DNA of 35,788 bases from Candidatus Campbellbacteria bacterium CG22_combo_CG10-13_8_21_14_all_36_13 (GTDB lineage Bacteria > Patescibacteriota > Minisyncoccia > Phycocordibacterales > PCTT01). Location: NCBI GenBank assembly GCA_002771585.1, contig PCTT01000027.1:1-35788 (forward strand). The letters run 5' to 3'. A program made the position numbers and the translations under genes. Shown one piece after another: positions 9,068-17,044 of the stretch; position 1 is the stretch's first letter, and the number at the start of each line of letters is the position of its first letter. The notes below the pieces were generated by a model. The model was not told the origin of the DNA, made no database searches, and saw only the letters and a program-made list of their open reading frames with translations.

Positions 9068-9094
9068 AGACAAAAGAATAAAATGTGGTAAAAT
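9068..9094 (+). promoter_or_regulatory. Candidate promoter of rnpB: TAGACA (-35-like) and extended -10 TGgTAAAAT
   Basis: TGGTAAAAT at 9086-9094 lies 7 nt before the first G of the P1 helix (9101). TAGACA is at 9068-9073, giving a short 15-nt spacer. Confidence 0.45.
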
Positions 9095-9100
9095 ATTTGT

Positions 9101-10244
9101 GGTTTTGGTATCGGACAATCGCGATGTCATCGCTTCGCGCTGACGCGCGGACTAACGCAGATATAGACGCAGACCTACGCAGAAATCGAATATCAGTTTT
9201 CCGCGTTAGTCCGCGTTTAGTCCGCAAGATCAGCGCGCCAATGCGAAGCAGTGACGTTGAGGAAAGTCCGGACACACGCCCGTCGTACCTCACTGCGTTC
9301 GGTACTAAGTCAAAAGTCTATAAAGCCCATAATGTCAAAAGTCACAAACTTTCGACTTTATAGACATTCGACTTTGAACTAAAGTGCCGAGCTTAGCGAG
9401 GTGCGACGGACAGCATGGTGGTGCCCTACATTTTCACTTTGTGAAAATCGGGTCCGAACAATCTGTTTAAGGATTGTTTTAGGAGGTAATACCCATCGAC
9501 CAGTGCAGCGCACTGGAAATTCGAAATCCGAAATTCTAAATTCGAAACTTTTTAAGTTTTAATATTTTAAATATTAGGCTAAAACCACACGGGATTATTT
9601 TATATTAAAATAATCCCGTGTGGTTCGCCCGACAAAAATCTCGAAGGATTTTTGTTTAGGGACTTAAATATTGCCCGCCCGGACGAATGTCCCCCGCCAG
9701 AATCCAGCCCGAAAGATTCATTCTGGCGGGGACTCTGTCGGGCTGGATTCGGACAGGTTTCATATTTAGATATTCGTGCTTCGTGCTTCCAATGCGTTGC
9801 ATTGGTTAGAGGTGCGAGCAGAGACGCCCAAATCGAAAGAAGAGGGATTCCCTAGTGGAATAGTTCCATGGCAACATGGGTGCTAAAACAAAATGTTTTT
9901 AACATTTTGTTCGCACGAACATTTTGTTTACAAAATGTTCTAGTGAAACGGCAAAATCCTCACTTGTGTGCAAGACCGCGCCCCAGTGCAGCGCACTGGT
10001 GGAGAGTCGCTTGAGCATGTTGGTAACAACATGCCTAGATAAATGATTGTCGTCTGTCGTACCTCACTGCGTTCGATACGATAATTCTAAATTTAAAGTT
10101 TTGAATTTTGAATGAATTTTAAATGAATTAATTTAAAATTAAAACATTCGAAATTGAATGGAAATTTTAAATTAGAAATTTTAAATTCATCCGAGCTTAG
10201 CGAGGTGCGACAGATACAGAATCCGGCTTATAGGTACCAAAACC
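9101..10244 (+). ncRNA. rnpB: RNase P RNA (bacterial type A-like core) expanded to about 1144 nt by multiple insertions
   Basis: GAGGAAAGTCCGG at 9259-9271. ACAGAATCCGGCTTA at 10216-10230. P1 pairing GGTTTTGGTATC (9101-9112) with GGTACCAAAACC (10233-10244). GCTTGAG-CATGTTGGTAACAACATG-CCTAGATAAATGATTGTC (about 10009-10052) aligns with the E. coli M1 P15/P18/P2 region. Confidence 0.8.
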
Positions 10245-10276
10245 TTGTCCCGCATACTGCGGAGACAATTTATATG

Positions 10277-10304
10277 AAAAAACTCGCTTAATTGCGAGTT
10301 TTTT
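10277..10304. terminator. Bidirectional intrinsic terminator between rnpB (+) and the RNR gene (-)
   Basis: AAAAAACTCGC-ttaatt-GCGAGTTTTTT: stem flanked by an A-run and a T-run. Confidence 0.7.
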
Positions 10305-10356
10305 CATTGTTTTTAAACTTTATAGACTTTCGACTTTTTTGACTTTATAGATTAAT

Positions 10357-12660
10357 CTAAATTTCACATGCTCCACCAACACAAGCAAGCTCTTTTGCCC
10401 CTATTGTTTGATCATCAAGCTCATATATAACAAGCTTAGAAAAATCTAGCTTACTAAGCTCTGCGCTCCTTCTTTCAAATTCTTCTTTTGTTATCTCCTC
10501 ATAAGGCGCTAGTTGATAAACATGCTCATTCCTTGGTAAAAATGACAAACCACCAACAATATCCCAGTTTTCATAAACAAAATTTGCAACAGCAAGCCAC
10601 TCATCTGGCCCAACATAAACAGTTGCAGAAGGATTATGTTCTGTAAAGTGCACTTTTAGTCTTTTCCACTCATTTAAGAAATCAATTGCTGATACTTGAT
10701 CTTTAAAAACAGCCCCCTTTGGTGCTTTTATTGGGAATTCAAGTACCATTGTGGTCGCATTCGAAGTAGAGTAACCAACCTCTGGATGAATTGGCACACC
10801 TTGTTCACGTGCTAGTTTTAGAAGAGGGTCGTTAACACTGATCCTAACCCTTCTAATAAAGTACGGAGCATACCATGGATGCATACCAGACCCAACACCA
10901 AGTAATTGCCCTGAATTTCCATGTGGTTTTACACAAGTTACAGCGGTTGATACATTAATTCCTATTTTTTTGGCATACTTACGGTTTACTATAAGAGCTT
11001 CGTTTCTTAACGACTCCAAGACTTTATCATCTCTAACAATCTTGTTGTCAAAATAACCAGTTAAAGAAACCCCCAACAAAGCTTCTTCATCACAATTCTT
11101 TTTCCAGTCTTTTGAAATATATTTAAAATCTGTAAGAGAAGCCTGATATGTACCCAGCATTGTAGCAAGTCGCATTTTCCTTTTTAAGCTTTTTTCTGTG
11201 TCTTCGGGACGAATCACAATACTTGTAAGATTACAAAACTGTCTAGATTTTAGATAAATCTCACCACAAGGATTCATGCCTGGTTGTTTTTCATACTTTA
11301 GATTCTCCCACCGGCGAGCTGGTAACTGTTTCTCCAAACCTCCCCTGTTGTATATTCCGCGCTCCCCAGACCCAGAGCTTACCAGTGCCGACCACTCCTC
11401 CAAAAACTCTGTAGCGGTCGGTTTTGCCTCATATACAGCAGAGTTATTGGCCATACTACGTTGTCCATTTGTTTGCCAAAAGGCACCCTTCTTTGCATCT
11501 CTCAAATCTACATCATCAAGAGCAGAAAGTGATATTAATGCACTTCTTCTTACCCCACCGGCAACCACAATAAGGCCAATTTGACAAATTATATCGTGCA
11601 TATCAAGTGTTGAAAGACGACGCCCTTGCTTTGTAAGCATCTTCTTTTTTGTAAATTTCATCAACTCCTGAAGCGGTGCTGGTCCAGACGCCCTTCCTCC
11701 CATAGTTAGAAGTCTATCTCCGGCGGGTCTGATTTTTGAATAATCAATTTCAACATCCTTACCAGAAGACCATGCCTCACAAGCACCAACAAAAGCATCA
11801 CACCAGCCCTCCTTGCTATCCTCTACTACAATAGTTGGAGCTTTCTCTCCGGTTTGCTTTTGTATTTGTGGAAATTGCTCTACATTCTCTGGCTCAACCG
11901 AATAACCACATCCAGCACCACACATAGACACATACATTATATCTGCAAGATCTTTCCATCTTGTTGGTGCAATATAGGCGCAGTTGTATGCACACACATT
12001 TGTTGCCCTACAAGCCTTTCCAGCAGACCACAAAAGTCTCATTGATGGGCAAACTTCTTGTTTTAATATTCCCTCCCTAACCTCATCATATTCTTTTGCA
12101 GAAAACTTATTACCAAGATTCTCTTTCATAAAGTCCATAAACCTATCTATAGACTCAATCCATGTCTCTCTCCTACCCAAATCATCCCTCCATCTTGAAT
12201 AAAATTGATAGAATATAAATTCCTGATAAGGGGTCTTGAAATACTTACTTGCCTCTTCTATCTTCTGAACAACCTCTGGTTTTACCCTTAATTCGTTTCC
12301 ACGGACCTTTGCTCTTTCGTTTCTATACAAAATAAATGCTTTTGCCGCTTTAACATAATTACCAAGAATAAGCTCCTTCTCTACAGCGTCCTGTATACCC
12401 TCAACTGAAGGAACGAAGTTTTTAAATCTTTTACTTATACGTACCAAGTCTGAAAGCACCCTATTAGCCACAAGCTCCGCCTCTTCTATTGAGCCCTCTT
12501 CTGCCGCATTCATCGCTTTATATGTAGCGTTTGTAACTTTACTAAGATCAAAAGGAACTATAGAACCATCACGTTTTAGTATTCTCTTAACAAAGCTATT
12601 TTCAATCTTTTTTTTACCTTTTTTTGTGTTTTTAGGCGACTTTTGAGCTGTTTTTGGCAT
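10357..12660 (-). CDS. nrdJ: Adenosylcobalamin-dependent (class II) ribonucleotide reductase, monomeric RTPR-like, with N-terminal ATP-cone
   Basis: 767 aa. ATP-cone-like N-terminus (VKRILKRDGSIVPFDLSKVTNATYKA). C-terminal redox pair CVGGACEI resembles the CEGGAC tail of the Lactobacillus leichmannii enzyme. Internal NPCGEI active-site motif. Confidence 0.8.
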   Translation of the reverse strand: MPKTAQKSPKNTKKGKKKIENSFVKRILKRDGSIVPFDLSKVTNATYKAMNAAEEGSIEEAELVANRVLSDLVRISKRFKNFVPSVEGIQDAVEKELILGNYVKAAKAFILYRNERAKVRGNELRVKPEVVQKIEEASKYFKTPYQEFIFYQFYSRWRDDLGRRETWIESIDRFMDFMKENLGNKFSAKEYDEVREGILKQEVCPSMRLLWSAGKACRATNVCAYNCAYIAPTRWKDLADIMYVSMCGAGCGYSVEPENVEQFPQIQKQTGEKAPTIVVEDSKEGWCDAFVGACEAWSSGKDVEIDYSKIRPAGDRLLTMGGRASGPAPLQELMKFTKKKMLTKQGRRLSTLDMHDIICQIGLIVVAGGVRRSALISLSALDDVDLRDAKKGAFWQTNGQRSMANNSAVYEAKPTATEFLEEWSALVSSGSGERGIYNRGGLEKQLPARRWENLKYEKQPGMNPCGEIYLKSRQFCNLTSIVIRPEDTEKSLKRKMRLATMLGTYQASLTDFKYISKDWKKNCDEEALLGVSLTGYFDNKIVRDDKVLESLRNEALIVNRKYAKKIGINVSTAVTCVKPHGNSGQLLGVGSGMHPWYAPYFIRRVRISVNDPLLKLAREQGVPIHPEVGYSTSNATTMVLEFPIKAPKGAVFKDQVSAIDFLNEWKRLKVHFTEHNPSATVYVGPDEWLAVANFVYENWDIVGGLSFLPRNEHVYQLAPYEEITKEEFERRSAELSKLDFSKLVIYELDDQTIGAKELACVGGACEI

Positions 12661-12732
12661 TTTTTTATAAAAATTAACTAATAAATGTCCAAACTTGGAT
12701 ATTCATTTTAACTGTCAAAAAACCAAAAATCT

Positions 12733-12741
12733 TGTGGATAA
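12733..12741. promoter_or_regulatory. Perfect DnaA-box 9-mer TGTGGATAA, 73 nt upstream of the RNR start
   Basis: Exact match to the complement of the TTATCCACA consensus. It is a single site. Confidence 0.3.
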
Positions 12742-12820
12742 GAAATTAAATTAACACAAAGAAACAAAAAGTCGTGGGTGTAAAACACTGACCCAGAATC
12801 GCCTTTGTTTTTGGTGTATT

Positions 12821-13333
12821 TTAGTTAAGATTTTCTATAAACAGAGATTGTCCAACAACGAAATTGTGTGCTTTGGCAAATCCTGAATGAAGCTCAATGA
12901 CATATCTTGATTTTCGCTCTGGAATGTAGCTATTAGGATAAGTATCTGGTGAAATATTATTTTCTATATGAACAATTCTATAATCTTTATCAATCCATAT
13001 GATATCTAATGGAAATTTCATATCTTTCATCCAAAAACCATAAATTCCATCAACCGGAAAAACAAAAATCATACCTTGATAATAAGATAGCTCTCCTCTA
13101 TCAGAAAGACCTTTAATCCTAGCACCTTCGGTGTTGGCTATATCGAGATAAACTCTTGTGTTGTCTAGAACAAGAATTGCAGTTTTTTTAATATTTTCGG
13201 CACCCGGCAACAAACCGCTGTCAAAATTATTATCTACCAATAAACCCCCCTTATTCCTCAACTTCCCCATAACACTAGTAAGAGAGAAAATAAAAATTAT
13301 AATTAATATAGATATAAAAATTCTTCTATTCAT
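12821..13333 (-). CDS. DUF192 domain protein (COG1430) with N-terminal signal/anchor
   Basis: 170 aa. KGLSDRGELSYYQGMIFVFP...FWMKDMKFPLDIIWID...YVIELHSGFA matches the DUF192 pattern. Confidence 0.75.
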   Translation of the reverse strand: MNRRIFISILIIIFIFSLTSVMGKLRNKGGLLVDNNFDSGLLPGAENIKKTAILVLDNTRVYLDIANTEGARIKGLSDRGELSYYQGMIFVFPVDGIYGFWMKDMKFPLDIIWIDKDYRIVHIENNISPDTYPNSYIPERKSRYVIELHSGFAKAHNFVVGQSLFIENLN

Positions 13334-13456
13334 CCCGTTAGAGATAGGACGCGGACCGGATTAGTCTATATCCTACCTAGATTAAATTATGTATAAATTC
13401 GACCAATGAATTGATAATACCTATACATGCCCGTTATCTCTAACGAGACTCATCCC
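13334..13456 (-). promoter_or_regulatory. Structured 5' leader with a 10-codon uORF (13421-13453) whose codons 3-7 pair with the -13..-3 region of the DUF192 start
   Basis: Perfect 11-bp inverted repeat CGTTAGAGATA (13336-13346) / TATCTCTAACG (13435-13445). Direct repeat TCATCCC at both ends. A paralogous element lies at 32602-32732. Confidence 0.45.
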
Positions 13457-13560
13457 AGTAATTATATCAGAATACAAAAAAATCACTTTGTGTGTGTTTT
13501 GTTTAAAAAATAGATACTCTGTGGTAGTCTATGTACAGAACAAACAAATGAGGTATGTAA

Positions 13561-13950
13561 TTGAACTCACAAGAGCTTAAGAAGGACGTTTTTAATTTTC
13601 TAGTGGGTGGAGTACCAGGACTATTGGTACACCTTGGGGTGTTGTTATTGCTTACAAAATTATTTCATGTTGGGGTAGTCACATCATCAATGGTCGGTGT
13701 AATTCCATCTTTTTTTGTAAACTTTTGTGTATATAAATTTTGGAGCTTTAAGAACGATAAGCCTAGTAATACTTTAGTGCAACTCATCCTTGCATTCATC
13801 GTCACATTATCTTACATCGTACTTGGTGGTGGATTGATGTATCTCATACACGTCGACTTGGGTATGGGAAAAATATGGGCCCAGATAGTTGTAAAAATAG
13901 GACTCGGACCACTTAGTTTTTTTGCAACACGCTCAGTTTTCAAGCAATAA
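13561..13950 (+). CDS. GtrA-like family membrane protein
   Basis: 129 aa with 4 TM segments. FLVGGVPGLLVHLGVL...SFFVNFCVYKFWSFKN is a GtrA signature. TTG start preceded by GAGG at 13551-13554. Confidence 0.65.
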   Translation: MNSQELKKDVFNFLVGGVPGLLVHLGVLLLLTKLFHVGVVTSSMVGVIPSFFVNFCVYKFWSFKNDKPSNTLVQLILAFIVTLSYIVLGGGLMYLIHVDLGMGKIWAQIVVKIGLGPLSFFATRSVFKQ

Positions 13951-13995
13951 CCCGACATATCCATAAAAGTGGTGTGTCGAGTTATTGTTTTTTTT
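13946..13995 (+). terminator. Intrinsic terminator of the GtrA-like gene
   Basis: CAATAACCCGACA / TGTCGAGTTATTG pair at 12 of 13 positions, followed by T8. The stem includes the stop codon. Confidence 0.6.
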
Positions 13996-14002
13996 AAAAA
14001 AA

Positions 14003-14040
14003 CAAAAAATCACCCAGGCTTAAGAAGTGATTTTTTGTTT
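14003..14040 (-). terminator. Intrinsic terminator of the PG-binding protein gene (usable in both directions)
   Basis: AAAAAATCAC-N13-GTGATTTTTT with flanking A/T runs. Confidence 0.55.
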
Positions 14041-14058
14041 TATGACCCAAACCAATGA

Positions 14059-14739
14059 TTATTGGTTTGTTCTAAAAAAACTTGGCCATATCATACCCAT
14101 GTTTCCAACACTATCAACACTTCGTACTAAGTAATAATACGTAGTATTTGGTTGAAGGTTTGAAACTGTGACTGAATGAGAAGTCTGAAAACCACCAGCG
14201 TCAGTTGCTAAAGTACCGCTAACATATGGTAATTGACGAGGTCCTGTTGCTTCATTAAATTGTAGTGGTGAAGCACTCCAATATAAATGACCATTGGTAA
14301 TCTCATTTGTTACCCACGTGAAAGTTGCTGTGGTGTTTGTGTATTGAACAACTGGAATACTAAGTTGTGGTGATGCATCCACAGAAACTGGAGGTGTATA
14401 AACAGAACCTAGAAGACTGTTTATTCTTGCCATCGTTTGTGGACCAACTCTTCCATACCCAGTAGTTGCTGGAGTACCGGATGATACTATCCCTTGATCT
14501 GTTTGAAATCTTTCTACTCCGGCTTTTGTAAGCTGGCCAAAATATCCAGTAACAAGACCTGATGGATATATGTCTGAATTTGTAGATAGATACGTTTGAA
14601 GTTCAGTAACCTCTGATCCACGATCACCAATATCTAATTGACTTGTAATTGTGGCATAAGCACTTTGAATTCCAAAAAATGCGAAGACAAACATTGCTGT
14701 AATTATTATATTTTTTTGCATTTTTAATGTTTTTTTCAT
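14059..14739 (-). CDS. Secreted protein with a peptidoglycan-binding (PG_binding_1) domain and a fibronectin type III-like domain
   Basis: Signal peptide present. GDRGSEVTELQTYL...GYFGQLTKAGVERFQ is PG_binding_1-like. The C-terminal SHSVTVSNLQPNTTYYYLVRSVDSVGN is Fn3-like. Confidence 0.65.
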   Translation of the reverse strand: MKKTLKMQKNIIITAMFVFAFFGIQSAYATITSQLDIGDRGSEVTELQTYLSTNSDIYPSGLVTGYFGQLTKAGVERFQTDQGIVSSGTPATTGYGRVGPQTMARINSLLGSVYTPPVSVDASPQLSIPVVQYTNTTATFTWVTNEITNGHLYWSASPLQFNEATGPRQLPYVSGTLATDAGGFQTSHSVTVSNLQPNTTYYYLVRSVDSVGNMGMIWPSFFRTNQ

Positions 14740-14927
14740 GTTTTTGTATTTAGATTAATAAGTATTTCTATTTGTAAAGACTCGAGATGTTTGTGGAATT
14801 CTTTTCGTTTATTAAGACAAAAAGCACAAACTTTATAATATTAAGCCTAATAATCGACTCTTTACGCTCAATAATCTCTATACATATGATGCCGACTCAG
14901 AGTTGTTTATATTACAAATATTTAAAA

Positions 14928-15179
14928 TTATGCCCGTCGCAATGCCTTGACCAAAGCAATAGATACTATCGCTCCCAAAAGTGCCACAATAAAGCTGTAA
15001 AGATTGAAACCACTTATTCCGCTCCCTCCAATCACAGTCATAATCCAACCACCCACAACTGCACCAACAACACCAACGATAATATTTAATAATATTCCCT
15101 GTTGTTCATCAGTTTTCATAATAAGTGAAGCTACCCAACCAACAAGCGCTCCAAATATAACCCATAAAATAATTCCCAT
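14928..15179 (-). CDS. GlsB/YeaQ/YmgE family stress-response membrane protein
   Basis: 83 aa. [21 protein letters not shown]...[15 protein letters not shown] is the typical family pattern. Confidence 0.85.
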   Translation of the reverse strand: MGIILWVIFGALVGWVASLIMKTDEQQGILLNIIVGVVGAVVGGWIMTVIGGSGISGFNLYSFIVALLGAIVSIALVKALRRA

Positions 15180-15256
15180 ATATTTTTATTATTTAATAAT
15201 TTACTTTGTCACTCCGCGTCTTTTCTTTTTCCTTATACACACTTAACTTTTTTATA

Positions 15257-15616
15257 TTAATTATCTTGATCCTCTAATTTAACAGCTGCTTCCGAAGTAG
15301 AAACCGTCTTGCTCATAACAAATAATTTAATAATGCCTATTGCAATAACCCAAAATACAAACATTGTGAGCAGTGTAGTCCACTCAATAATACTACCCTC
15401 AACATACGTAATACTAAAAACACTAATAAACGGCTGTGTAAAGACATATGTTATTCCATAAACAAAGTTGGAAAAACCTGCATCTGGATTTGCCCCAAGC
15501 AGTTTCAATACAAATCTAAACGCTAATAATATTTCTAAAAAGCCAAAAACATACCAAACTGCTTGCGTGCCTCTATAAAGTGGTTTTGTTGTTGAAGAAT
15601 TAAATGATGAATCCAT
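15257..15616 (-). CDS. YggT-like family membrane protein
   Basis: 119 aa. LLAFRFVLKLLGANPDAGFSNFVYGITYVFTQPF resembles YGGT repeat proteins. Confidence 0.5.
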   Translation of the reverse strand: MDSSFNSSTTKPLYRGTQAVWYVFGFLEILLAFRFVLKLLGANPDAGFSNFVYGITYVFTQPFISVFSITYVEGSIIEWTTLLTMFVFWVIAIGIIKLFVMSKTVSTSEAAVKLEDQDN

Positions 15617-15641
15617 AAATTTATACTTATTATTGATAATA

Positions 15642-16244
15642 CTATTTTTTAAGTGATGATATTTTTTTCAATTTATTAATTTCTTTTTCCAAGTTTTTAA
15701 TATTTATCTCCAATTTATTAGTTTTTGTTATAAGTTTAGATTCTATATTCTTGGAGTGGCTCGCCAGAGTTTCTGCCACAACCATGATTTCAGTCACGTC
15801 TTCCATGGCAAGAAGTATAATTGGAGGAAAAGAACTATCCTCTACATGAATCTGGCGAGCATTTAAGATCATTATTTTTTGACCTATAATTGGAAACTCA
15901 TGAGAGACTTCAAAACCCTTAAAAAAAGTATTTTTAGGTAAAATATCTTCAAGAAGTTTTCGTAAAGCTGGAATATTCCATTGACCATTCCCTAATTCAT
16001 ACACAATTTTATTCTCTGTCTTTTTGGGCTCAACTTGAAACATATCATAAAAAGATTCGTTGGCCGCCATTACACGAAGATTTTTATCAAGAATTAAAAC
16101 AGGTTCTCTAACAACATCTACAACAGTTCTAATATATGTCCAACTTTTTTCCCAAAAATTATCTATAAAATTTGAGTCCTTTAGAGCATTATTATTTTTA
16201 TTACTAGAGTTATTACTAGAGTCTGTAGTATTTATATTTTTCAT
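15642..16244 (-). CDS. Stand-alone PAS (PAS_10-like) domain protein with C-terminal coiled coil
   Basis: 200 aa. LILDKNLRVMAANESFYDMFQV...YELGNGQWNIPALRKLLEDILP...MILNARQI matches the PAS_10 pattern seen in CheR/CheB-PAS proteins. Confidence 0.55.
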   Translation of the reverse strand: MKNINTTDSSNNSSNKNNNALKDSNFIDNFWEKSWTYIRTVVDVVREPVLILDKNLRVMAANESFYDMFQVEPKKTENKIVYELGNGQWNIPALRKLLEDILPKNTFFKGFEVSHEFPIIGQKIMILNARQIHVEDSSFPPIILLAMEDVTEIMVVAETLASHSKNIESKLITKTNKLEINIKNLEKEINKLKKISSLKK

Positions 16245-16480
16245 ACTAATAATGCCGTTATACTGTGTCTAATATTACAACTAGATATAATATTAAAAAT
16301 TTGCTATACTAAACGTATAAACATTCTCATTTTAATACAATATTTTTTGTAATTACTTTGTAATAATATAAAAACAACCGCAAATAGATTTACGTTGCAA
16401 AATATACACATTTCCCAAATATTATAGTCTAACTGTAATATCTATGTAATAAAAGACCGTTATAAACGGCATAATTAATA

Positions 16481-16993
16481 ATGGTAACAAAAAAAAACAT
16501 TAGACAACAAGAAACATTGACTGCCGCATATAAAGACTATGCTAAGGGTATGAATTCGTATTCTTTTTATAAAATCAATAACCATGCCACGAGCGACGAC
16601 CTTGTTCAGAATACTTTTTTAAAGACGTGGAAGTATCTTATAAAAGATGGAAAAATTGAAATAATGAAAGCATTTCTTTATCACATACTTAATCAACTTA
16701 TCATAGATGAGTATAGAAAACGTAAAACCGTTTCATTAGATGTATTACTTGAAAAAGGATATACGCAAAGTACCGACCCAACTAAACGTATTTTTAATGT
16801 TTTTGATGGTAAGGCGGCTGTTCTCTTGATAAAACAGTTGCCTAAAAAATATCAGATAATTATCAAAATGCGTTATATACAAGATTTATCAATTAAAGAA
16901 ATATCCGTAATAACCGGACAATCAAAAAATACAGTTACGGTACAAGCGCACAGAGGATTAGAGAAACTTAAAATCTTGTATCATAATAGATAA
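16481..16993 (+). CDS. ECF-type sigma-70 family RNA polymerase sigma factor
   Basis: 170 aa. Region 2 is DDLVQNTFLKTWKYL. Region 4 HTH is MRYIQDLSIKEISVITGQSKNTVTVQAHRGLEKLK. Confidence 0.85.
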   Translation: MVTKKNIRQQETLTAAYKDYAKGMNSYSFYKINNHATSDDLVQNTFLKTWKYLIKDGKIEIMKAFLYHILNQLIIDEYRKRKTVSLDVLLEKGYTQSTDPTKRIFNVFDGKAAVLLIKQLPKKYQIIIKMRYIQDLSIKEISVITGQSKNTVTVQAHRGLEKLKILYHNR

Positions 16994-17044
16994 ATATACA
17001 TTCTTCACCACGCGGAGCACGGCTCGGGCAGAATGGGGTGTCGC

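Noticed and set aside
9045-9855. ORFs 9045-9293 (-), 9085-9363 (+) and 9652-9855 (+)
   Set aside because: They lie entirely inside the RNase P RNA gene and its GC-rich insertions. They are arginine/serine-rich translations typical of GC-rich non-coding sequence.
12661-12820. Cobalamin riboswitch or NrdR boxes upstream of the class II RNR gene
   Set aside because: No B12-box-like string and no tandem 16-bp NrdR palindromes are visible. Only a single DnaA box is present.
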